DNA of 58,511 bases, taken from the NCBI GenBank assembly GCA_965662715.1, contig CBFIIS010000004.1, positions 1 through 58,511 of the forward strand, in the 5' to 3' direction. The notes below the pieces were generated by a model. The model was not told where the DNA came from. It did not search any database and saw only the letters and a list, made by a program, of their open reading frames with translations. The position numbers were made by a program, and so were the translations under genes. The DNA comes from Candidatus Poseidoniaceae archaeon (GTDB lineage Archaea > Thermoplasmatota > Poseidoniia > Poseidoniales > Poseidoniaceae). Below are positions 44,403 to 52,800 of this stretch, in pieces (position 1 is the first letter of the stretch; each line of letters starts with the position of its first letter).

Positions 44403-46938
44403 CTGCCTTCACCTCAGTAGGTTGTGGTGGGGGCATTGGGAGAGGAGGTAAATTCTCGAGTGGTATCATACCGGGTTGAGGTTGACCCATTTCTTCGAGG
44501 GTGCGGGATTGTTTTTCTTCGAAAAGAGCCTCTTCAAGGTCGTGGTCATCACGGCCCGATTTGACAATGAGGGCTGCGCTTGCACCCAATATGAAGCCTA
44601 AACCGATGACAAGGTAAGTGAGCCAAGATGCTTCAGGGTTTTCGCCAAGGATCGCAACGGCGGCGGCAAACTCTCCGTAGTCATCTGACCATCCATCATT
44701 GTTCGAATCAACACAACCCTGAACGTCTCGCTTCGAGGTGCCGGCTTGTTCAGGGCAATCGTCTCTGAATGCACCAAGCGGGACATCCCCATAGCCATCG
44801 CCATCAAGGTCGCGCCACTGGAGAGCTTCTGTTGGGAACGCATCGGCTGCTCCGGCAGGGTGAGCTTCCCACGAAGCGGTTGGGTCTGACCAACCGTCAC
44901 CGTCTGTGTCGCGGCATCCAAGTCGATCAAGCATGGACGTACCACGTACTTCAGGACAAGCATCGCCTTGGTTACCATCTTCACGGTCACCGTAGCCATC
45001 ACCATCTGAATCGCGCCATTGTGTGGGCTCATGAATGAAAGCATCGCCGAGGTCTGACCAACCATCACCATCGGTGTCAGCACAACCCCATCGGTCGCCA
45101 CCGGCAGAGGGGCCAACTGAGGTGCCTGCCTGATCTGGACACACATCGGCGGTTGTACCGCGAGGGTTATCCCCACGACCATCACCATCGATGTCATGCC
45201 ATTGAGTTGGATCCATCGGCCAAGCATCGCCACGACCGCCAGGGCTTGCAAGCCACGCGCTTGTTGGGTCAGACCAGCCATCTTGGTCACTGTCTGGACA
45301 ACCCCAGCGATCGAATGTCGAGGAGCCTTCTGTCGTTTTACAGCCATCTCCACGGTAAGCATCCCTCTGAGTTTGACCATCGAAGTATACCATATTGTCA
45401 CCATAGCCATCGTCGTCGGTGTCGTACCATTGGCTTTGGTCGTCTGGGAAAGCATCAGCAAAGCCTGCTGGATGAGCAATCCAATCGTTTGTTGGGTTGG
45501 AAAAACCATCCTTGTCAGTGTCTCGGCAACCTAAGCGGTCAACGTATGAAATCCAACCAGACTCCACTTCCTCTGGTGAGGAAAAGACACAAACATCGCC
45601 TTCGTAACCATCTAAATTATCGCCATAACCATCACCATCTGTGTCGCGATATTGCGAGGGAATGAATGGGAAATCATCGACTTGGGAAGCGCCATAGGTT
45701 TGGTTGTCGCCCCAACCATCTTCGTCAGTATCGAGCCATTGGGTCGGGTTGTCTGGGAAATCATCGACAAGGTTTGCCCCTTCGCTTTGGTTGTCGCCCC
45801 AACCATCAAAGTCACGGTCACGCCATTGGGATTCTTCAAACGGGAAAGCGTCAGAGCCGTTGACAACCGTCCAGTTGACGTCACCGTCAGAAAACGAATC
45901 GCCATCACTATCGGTGCAACCGTAGCGATCTCCGAATGAATTTCCTGTAATGAAGGGACAAGCATCAGGTGTTGTCGCATTGAAGATGTAGGACCCAATA
46001 CCCCATCCAAGTCGGGAGGTGTTCCAACTCTCATCGGCCCAATTATCCCCATAGCCGTCTGCATCTGTATCGTTCCATTGCGATGCATCGATTGGGAATG
46101 CATCACCCATTCCAACCGGATGAGCGTACCAAGGGGTTACGCCGTCAAGGCCACCAGGGTCGTCGTCTGAATAGCCATCACCATCTGAATCAAGGCAGCC
46201 AAATCGGTCGAGGGAGGAATAACCACGGCGGAATGGGCAGTGATCACCTTGGTAGCCATCGAGGTTGTCGCCATAATTGTCATTGTCACTGTCAAGCCAT
46301 TGTGTTGGCTCTTCAAAGAAAGCATCTGCACCGTTTTGTGCCAACCATCCAGCCTCAGGATCAGACCAGCCATCACCGTCGGTATCCGGGCATCCCTTTC
46401 GATCGTTCGAAGAGGTGCCAACAACATCGTCACAATCATCATCAATGTCGACAAATCCATCTTCATCGCTGTCTCGGTTGGTCTTGTCAATGGATGGCGT
46501 GATCGTGTAATCAAACCCATCATTGCACCAAGAATCGTCGGCTTTGACCTTGAAATAAACGAAACTTTGGGCGCCGACAGTCGTCGAGAGTGTTTTTGAT
46601 GCTGCGTTGTCATCAACATAAGAATCGACAATGGTGCTGCCTTGGGCGTTAAGCAACGAAACTCGCCCTTGCCAGCCATCACCCGGGCACCACCATGCAG
46701 GTCCATTCATGGTACCAGAAAATGAAATTTGAACGATGTCGCCTTTCTTTGCCTCAATCTTCCAAAAATCGGTTTGATCTCGGCCGGCATCGCAATCTGG
46801 ATCGCAGACGTAACCGCTTGACGTGACGCCGTCTGTCAAAGGCGATGCGCTTTGAATATCATTGTCTGCAACAACGTGTGGAACAAAACTGAGCATCAGC
46901 GCGGCGAGCGACAAGGCCAGCACACGCTTCGCGAGCAT
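44395..46938 (-). CDS. TSP3-repeat Ca-binding surface protein (847 aa) with an N-terminal jelly-roll-like domain and a C-terminal TM anchor
   Basis: Signal MLAKRVLALSLAALMLSFVPHVVA from the ATG at 46938. N-domain (DFWKIEAKKGDIVQISF) resembles pre-peptidase C-terminal / collagenase-type domains. Roughly 600 aa of DxDxDG repeats follow. TM at nt about 44563-44628, then a Pro-rich 55-aa tail. Confidence 0.8.
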   Translation of the reverse strand: MLAKRVLALSLAALMLSFVPHVVADNDIQSASPLTDGVTSSGYVCDPDCDAGRDQTDFWKIEAKKGDIVQISFSGTMNGPAWWCPGDGWQGRVSLLNAQGSTIVDSYVDDNAASKTLSTTVGAQSFVYFKVKADDSWCNDGFDYTITPSIDKTNRDSDEDGFVDIDDDCDDVVGTSSNDRKGCPDTDGDGWSDPEAGWLAQNGADAFFEEPTQWLDSDNDNYGDNLDGYQGDHCPFRRGYSSLDRFGCLDSDGDGYSDDDPGGLDGVTPWYAHPVGMGDAFPIDASQWNDTDADGYGDNWADESWNTSRLGWGIGSYIFNATTPDACPFITGNSFGDRYGCTDSDGDSFSDGDVNWTVVNGSDAFPFEESQWRDRDFDGWGDNQSEGANLVDDFPDNPTQWLDTDEDGWGDNQTYGASQVDDFPFIPSQYRDTDGDGYGDNLDGYEGDVCVFSSPEEVESGWISYVDRLGCRDTDKDGFSNPTNDWIAHPAGFADAFPDDQSQWYDTDDDGYGDNMVYFDGQTQRDAYRGDGCKTTEGSSTFDRWGCPDSDQDGWSDPTSAWLASPGGRGDAWPMDPTQWHDIDGDGRGDNPRGTTADVCPDQAGTSVGPSAGGDRWGCADTDGDGWSDLGDAFIHEPTQWRDSDGDGYGDREDGNQGDACPEVRGTSMLDRLGCRDTDGDGWSDPTASWEAHPAGAADAFPTEALQWRDLDGDGYGDVPLGAFRDDCPEQAGTSKRDVQGCVDSNNDGWSDDYGEFAAAVAILGENPEASWLTYLVIGLGFILGASAALIVKSGRDDHDLEEALFEEKQSRTLEEMGQPQPGMIPLENLPPLPMPPPQPTEVKADD
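44686..46482 (-). repeat. Thrombospondin type-3-like bipartite repeat array (approximate bounds)
   Basis: Alternating units: DAFP.(D/E)xxQWxDxDGDGYGDN ... D.CP...G.S...R.GC.DxDGDGWSD. Examples: DTDGDGWSDPEAGW, DSDNDNYGDN, DSDGDGYSDDD, DTDADGYGDN, DSDGDSFSDGD, DRDFDGWGDN, DTDEDGWGDN, DTDGDGYGDN, DTDKDGFSNP. Confidence 0.8.
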
Positions 46939-47037
46939 GGTTGCCCAAGAGGCGGTGTGCCTATGAACACTACCCGAGTGACATGACACCCTACGGGTGT
47001 CGTTCAAAGAAATCAAACATCTGAATCAATGAGGGAT

Positions 47038-48303
47038 TCACCGAGGCTTCAACGAAGTATAAATCGCCTCATAGGCCTCTGCATTGTGCTCATAGGTGTA
47101 GGTTGAAAGAACCCGAGCTCTACCTCGTTGTGCCTGCTCGGTTCGTGCCTCAGGATCGGAAAGGGAGCGGCACACTGCTTTTGCTAAATCGCTCGAATCA
47201 CCAGTCGTGAACAATTCGCCAACGGTTTCGTCGATCATCTCGGTGAGTGGGGCTTGATTGACAGTCACGACAGGCGTGCCGCTCGCAAGCGCTTCGAGCG
47301 GAATCAAACCTTGCCCTTCGTAGTAGGATGGATAGACCACCAAATCTGCGGAACGGAAGTGCTGTGCGAGTTCCTCAAACGGCATACCCGGTTGAATAAA
47401 CACGGCATGATCAACACCGAGTTTCTTGGCTTGTTTTCGCAATGTTTTGGCCATATGGCCACGACCAACAATGCACAGACGGGCCCCCGGATGTTGCTCA
47501 AGAATTTCCGGCATCGCCCGCAAAAGAGTTCGATGACCTTTCCGGGCGACGAGTCGGCCAACAGCGAGGAGAAGAGGCGTGGTTTTGGAAGGTCGGCCAC
47601 ATAAGGCATCTTCATCCGCAGCATCGTATTTTTTCCTCAATGCTTCATGGGCAAGTTGTTCCTCTTCGTCGTCAGTATTGCTCGGTCGGAAGACGAGGTG
47701 GTCGACACCGTAGAGAATGGTTTCACAGCGCCAATCTTCAGGAGGCTTGTACCACCGTTGAAACTCTTGTTTTGTTGATTCGCTGATGGCGACACTCACA
47801 GAGGATGCTTCGACACCAGCTTGCTCGTATCTCGCATACCAGCCACCGGTCGTAAGAATGGCCAAATCGTTAGGGTTCTTCCACGTCGCAGCTTCCCGGT
47901 GTTTAGCAGCTAACTTCATGCCATTTCGCTCACCGATCCAACTTCCATTCAATGCCGATACTACTGGTGCGATGTTTGCTTCAACCCATTGGAATTCTTT
48001 GCGTTTCCAACTGACAAGGGGAAGAAGGGTGTGAACCACATCCACGGGGACACTCGCATGCAACTGCTTGAGCGCCCGTAGAGCATGTTTTCCGTATGAC
48101 CTCGTGAAGGCCATAGGTGCTTTCAGCCAAGGCACTTCGATGACGGAGACACCTTGTTGGGGTGGCGCTCGTCCTTTGTGCGCTCTTGTGATGATGGTGA
48201 TGCTGTGGCCACGTGCTGCCAAATGCCCAGCCAAGTGGAACACCACCGAGCCAATCCCTCCCCATCGAGGAGGGTATTCACCAGACACCATGGCGATGTG
48301 CAT
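47038..48303 (-). CDS. Glycosyltransferase family 4 (GT-B, retaining)
   Basis: MHIAMVSGEYPPRWGGIGSVVFHLAGHLAARGH (N-terminal Gly-rich loop) and the EX7E region PSYYEGQGLIPLEALASGTPVV. The ATG at 48303 is preferred. Confidence 0.85.
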   Translation of the reverse strand: MHIAMVSGEYPPRWGGIGSVVFHLAGHLAARGHSITIITRAHKGRAPPQQGVSVIEVPWLKAPMAFTRSYGKHALRALKQLHASVPVDVVHTLLPLVSWKRKEFQWVEANIAPVVSALNGSWIGERNGMKLAAKHREAATWKNPNDLAILTTGGWYARYEQAGVEASSVSVAISESTKQEFQRWYKPPEDWRCETILYGVDHLVFRPSNTDDEEEQLAHEALRKKYDAADEDALCGRPSKTTPLLLAVGRLVARKGHRTLLRAMPEILEQHPGARLCIVGRGHMAKTLRKQAKKLGVDHAVFIQPGMPFEELAQHFRSADLVVYPSYYEGQGLIPLEALASGTPVVTVNQAPLTEMIDETVGELFTTGDSSDLAKAVCRSLSDPEARTEQAQRGRARVLSTYTYEHNAEAYEAIYTSLKPR

Positions 48304-48408
48304 AACGGACCGAGAACGCTCTTTCGTTTCAATGTCACCGAATTCATGGGCGTAGGATTCAAGTTCTCGCTCCAATGCTTTGAAGGGGGTTGTCTTTGTC
48401 GGGGATTC

Positions 48409-49182
48409 ATGGGCGAAAAACTCCCTGTCACTGTGACGGTGATTCTTCCAACTCGAAATGAAGAGGAAGCATTGGGTCCAACCATCGATGCAATACCTCG
48501 TGGTTGGTGTAAAAAACTCGAGATCATGATCGTCGATGGCAATTCAAGCGACCGCACCCGTGAAATCGCTCTGAAGAAGAAAATCAGAGTTCACCTTGAA
48601 GATCGAAAGGGCTACGGTCGAGCCTATCGAACTGGTTTTGATGTGGCGTCAAACGACATCATCGTCACCATGGATGCAGACTGCACCTACCCTGCGGAAC
48701 TTGTTCCAACATTGGTGAAGCGGTTGTTGGATGATGATCTTGATTTCATCACATGCGATCGACTTTCACTTGCAGAAGAGGGCTCAATGCCAGGGATTCA
48801 CGGCTTTGGAAACTGGGCACTCTCGTTCACAGCTCGACTTTTGTTCGGCTATGGGATCAAAGATTCACAATCGGGCATGTGGGTGTTCAGAAAATCTATT
48901 TTTGACAATGAAGAAATGCGCCCAACGAACGACGGAATGCCTCTTTCTGAAGAGATGAAAATTCTTGCACGCCGAGTGCTTGGAAAGAAGAAAGCGGTTG
49001 AGATCTCAGTACCTTACCGACCTCGTGTTGGTGAGGCAGAAATCCACACATGGGGCGATGGTTGGAAGAATTTCAAATTTCTTTTTGCCCGTCGTGTTGG
49101 CCTCCACCGAACCCGAACCCCGTGGGGTGCAAGACCATCGAACCCAGATTCAACCAACGGCGATTTACCAGAACAAGCCTGA
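48409..49182 (+). CDS. Glycosyltransferase family 2 (dolichyl/polyprenyl-phosphate glycosyltransferase-like)
   Basis: VTVILPTRNEEEAL, IMIVDGNSSDRT, GYGRAYRTGF, VTMDADCTYP (DxD). The ATG at 48409 is preferred because the upstream extension overlaps the divergent GT4 gene. Confidence 0.85.
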   Translation: MGEKLPVTVTVILPTRNEEEALGPTIDAIPRGWCKKLEIMIVDGNSSDRTREIALKKKIRVHLEDRKGYGRAYRTGFDVASNDIIVTMDADCTYPAELVPTLVKRLLDDDLDFITCDRLSLAEEGSMPGIHGFGNWALSFTARLLFGYGIKDSQSGMWVFRKSIFDNEEMRPTNDGMPLSEEMKILARRVLGKKKAVEISVPYRPRVGEAEIHTWGDGWKNFKFLFARRVGLHRTRTPWGARPSNPDSTNGDLPEQA

Positions 49183-49191
49183 GTTGATTCA

Positions 49192-49827
49192 ATGGAATTC
49201 TGGCACCAGCGCTGGTTCAACAATCAAATTGGCTTCCACCGTCTTGTTGCAAACGACTTGCTGATCAAGCACTGGCCATCGCTTGAGTGTCAACCGGGAG
49301 CCAATGTCTTGGTGCCGTTGTGTGGAAAAACTCTGGACATGCACTGGCTCAATGAACAAGGTCACAAGGTAACTGGTATCGAACTCGTGGAAAAAGCCGT
49401 TCGTTCTTTTTTTGATGATGCACAACTAACGCCGCATGTCGAGTCTCAAGGCGAGCACACCGTCTTCACCACTGAGCACATCACCATTGTTCAAGGGGAT
49501 GTATTCACCCTACCTGAAACAATGGCCAATTGCCAAGCTTGGTATGACCGAGCAGCGATGGTGGCGTTGCCATCGGAGGTAAGGGCGACATATGTCGATC
49601 AAATCTATTCACTCTGCTCACCGGGTGCTGTCGGCTTGATGATTACCTTCGCTTACCCACAAGAACAAATGCAGGGGCCACCATTTTCTTTGCCTGATGA
49701 AGAGGTGTTCGAAGTCTTTTCCGAACGATTCGAGGTTGAACTCTTGGAAAGCATCAACCTCGAGGATGAAAAGGACCGGGGCCTCTCTCAAATCACATCA
49801 TCGATCTTCAAAATCAAGCGAACCTGA
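49192..49827 (+). CDS. Thiopurine S-methyltransferase-family SAM methyltransferase
   Basis: FWHQRWFNNQIGFH, VLVPLCGKTLDMHWLNEQGHKVTGIELVEKAV, WYDRAAMVALP. These are hallmark TPMT/Tmt motifs. Confidence 0.85.
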   Translation: MEFWHQRWFNNQIGFHRLVANDLLIKHWPSLECQPGANVLVPLCGKTLDMHWLNEQGHKVTGIELVEKAVRSFFDDAQLTPHVESQGEHTVFTTEHITIVQGDVFTLPETMANCQAWYDRAAMVALPSEVRATYVDQIYSLCSPGAVGLMITFAYPQEQMQGPPFSLPDEEVFEVFSERFEVELLESINLEDEKDRGLSQITSSIFKIKRT

Positions 49828-49828
49828 T

Positions 49829-52800
49829 TCAGACGTTGTCCCAATCAAGGTCAACACCAGTCAGTGGTTTTGCTTCCTCAGGTTCACCTTTGATCTCGGC
49901 TTCGACTTCTGTCGCTGCTTCAGTGACGCCTCCTTCCAATGAAATTGGGGTTGCCGAATCCAATGGTTCAACAGGTTTCACTGACCTGAATGCATCCCAT
50001 GATTCAATCATATCCAATTCTGCAAACCGTGCTCTGCGACGCGATGCAATCATGGCAACAGCAACAAGTAACACCACGAAAGCGCCAATAGCGCCGACAA
50101 GCACCATGGTTCGACCATCGCTTGGAGGATCGGAAATGTCAAGGGTTATACTGATAACATCAATGTTGGCATTTTCACCTTCCCCATCGGTAGCGATGAC
50201 CTTCATGTTTGGCCGGCCTGCACCATCAGGCAGCAATTCCAAATTGCCTTCCCACACACCATCACCGTCTGCGTCTGTGAGGTTCAATTGCCACTCCTGC
50301 TGGTCATACTTCACAGTCACACGGACGTCTTTTGTCGTTCCATCGGCGTCTGTCATAGTAACCGAGACCGCCAATGTGTTCAATTCGCCTGCAATCAAGG
50401 TCGTTGGAGTATAGACAAGGTTTGACAATCGGGGGAGGCTGGATTGAACAGTGACGTTCGCAAACACCTCATCTTCGCCCCCTCGGCTGTCTCGAATATA
50501 AAGCGAAATCATGTGTTCGCCGGGCATAAGACTGACCTCATCCATGCTGCGCGTTGACAAGATGGAATAGGTACCATTCATTGCCCAATGGCGCCATTCA
50601 CGGGCGACCATATCATCATCAGCATCTGTCGAATCTTCACTGAGCATAAGTACACCACCTGCTTCAATCGAATCTCGATTCGACGGCGTGATCATGGTTG
50701 CAATTGGATCTGATTGACCCACAGTAATAGTGAGGAATGTGCTCGAAGACAAACCTGTTTCATCTACCAAGGTCACCTCCATCGTGTGGGTTCCTGCCGG
50801 AAGATAACTGATGTGAGTCTCACCAGGATTGACGGCATCAAGGAGGGGCTCGCTCAACAAATCACTGCGCACAGTGAGTGTGAAGTTGTCGTCATCGTAA
50901 TCTACAGATTGGACAGCATTCCAGAAGATAGGGTCTGAGGAACGGAAAATCTCCTCGTCCAACGGGGAGACCAAATCGAGGACGGGAGGTGATGTAGTCA
51001 CTTCAACGGTTCGAGAAACAAGAACTGGTTCATGGATACCATCATCCAAACTCAACGTGATGGTGTGGGTCCCTGCCGACAGTCTTCCATCAAAAATCAG
51101 GTAATCCTCGCCCTCTGGTGTGAGTCTGCCATCAAGGTCGCTTGACCATACCACAACGAGGTATTCTGAGCCCGCAAAGGGCTGGGACTCTGCACAATGC
51201 CACGAGCCGTTGACTGGGAATGTGAAACACGCAGCATCATAGTCGCCTGAGCCGTTTGCGGAGAACCATATTGTTTCTGACGAGGTGTAGACTTGGGTAT
51301 CAAGAGGTGTCTCAATGATGCTCTTTGGCATTGAATTATCAACTGAGATCAGCGTCGAGTTCACCTTTGTGGAATTGATATGCTCAGGACGATCATCAAC
51401 GACACGCATCTCAATGCTGTGAACACCACGTGAAAGATGACCGGTCCACATCGTGGCACCCGATTCGTTTGACCAAGCAAGTTGTCCATCGAGGCTGGAC
51501 CACCATTCAATTTCGAGAACATCACCTTCAGGATCGACGGTTGCCGAGCCGTCAAAGGTCACTTCGTCTTCACTCGCATTGCCGCTTCTCAGAACCTCAA
51601 ACACTGGCTCTGGTACTTCATTGAACAGTTCAACGGGAATCGCAAATGAAGAGGGTGAATTGAGGCCATCGGATGCATAGATCGTCAAATCAAACACCGA
51701 TGGAACAGGTTCAGCCATTGTCAAATTCATCCAAAGTTCACTGGGGCACGAGGTTGCTGGGTCACTCGGTCCAAGGTAGGAACGTTCCAACCAGCACGTC
51801 ATTGGGTCACCCTCGGGATCAAAGGTTTGCGACAGATCAATTCGAACACTTTCTGTTCGAGCAATGATGAGTTCAGACCAAGGAGAGAGAGCAGGTTGGA
51901 CATCGATCACCAAAACGGGGGCTTGATTGACCAATTCGATGGTGCGTTGGAGCGAAGTGCAATGATCATCATCGCAGACCTCAAGGGTGATGATGTGTAT
52001 TCCATCGGAGAGCGAACACGACCATGTATCATTGGTGTTGACAGTGAAAGGAACCCCACCACTTGGTCCGTTTGGTTCTTGCCAAGTACCGGTGCACGAG
52101 TCGACAAGATCGCCATCAAGAGAACTGGACCAAGTCCACAAAAGCGGGTCGTTATCAAGGTCCCAAGAATCACTCGCATTGAAGAAGATTGCACCCTGTG
52201 AAGGGAAGACGTCGCCATCAAATGGCGTATCCCAGATAGCAAACGGTGGTTGGTTTTGCAGCGGCAAGACACAATTGATGAAACGATCTTGGTCCAAGGT
52301 GATGCTTGTGCTGTTTGAGACGCTGTCATAGCCACATGACACATCGATAATGTTGTGGCTTGATGCGCCTGTACTTGTCCATTGTTGGCCAATAAAATTA
52401 GGCAATTCGAGATAGCCAAGGTCATTTGTCAAAGATTCAAGTGAGGGCTCAAAAGCATCGAAACTTGCGTTGACATAGGCGTTTGGAATGCCGTTGTTGA
52501 CGGTGTTGACCACCCATACCGTGATGTCCCAAGCGACATCAATTGTAGCACCGGAAGCAATGGTTGCTTTGGTTAAATCAACACCGCTTGGGCGGTGGAG
52601 ATGGAGGGATGATGTGCTGTCCAATTGAAGGGCTTGTGCACCGGTGGCATCGGTCAATGAGGACCAATTCACATGGCTGTTCTGGAACACAATGGAACCT
52701 GTACAATCTGCAGTGATGGTGTTGCCGTACCCTGTCAAAGCGGTGTGATCAGTCAATTCAAGGCACGACGTGTCACCTGAAATCTGGGTTCTGCTCAAGC

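Noticed and set aside
44598-45509. 303-aa alternative-frame ORF inside the TSP3-repeat gene; likewise 45612-46115 and 46137-46706
   Set aside because: They are on the same strand as the real gene but out of frame. Their Met/Thr/Val/Gln-rich sequence lacks motifs. They are a by-product of the stop-codon-poor GAY/GGY repeat DNA.
46939-47016. 26-codon extension of the TSP3-repeat protein
   Set aside because: The ATG at 46938 gives a canonical signal peptide (MLAKRVLALSLAALMLSF...). The extension is polar and His/Ser-rich and would bury the signal sequence.
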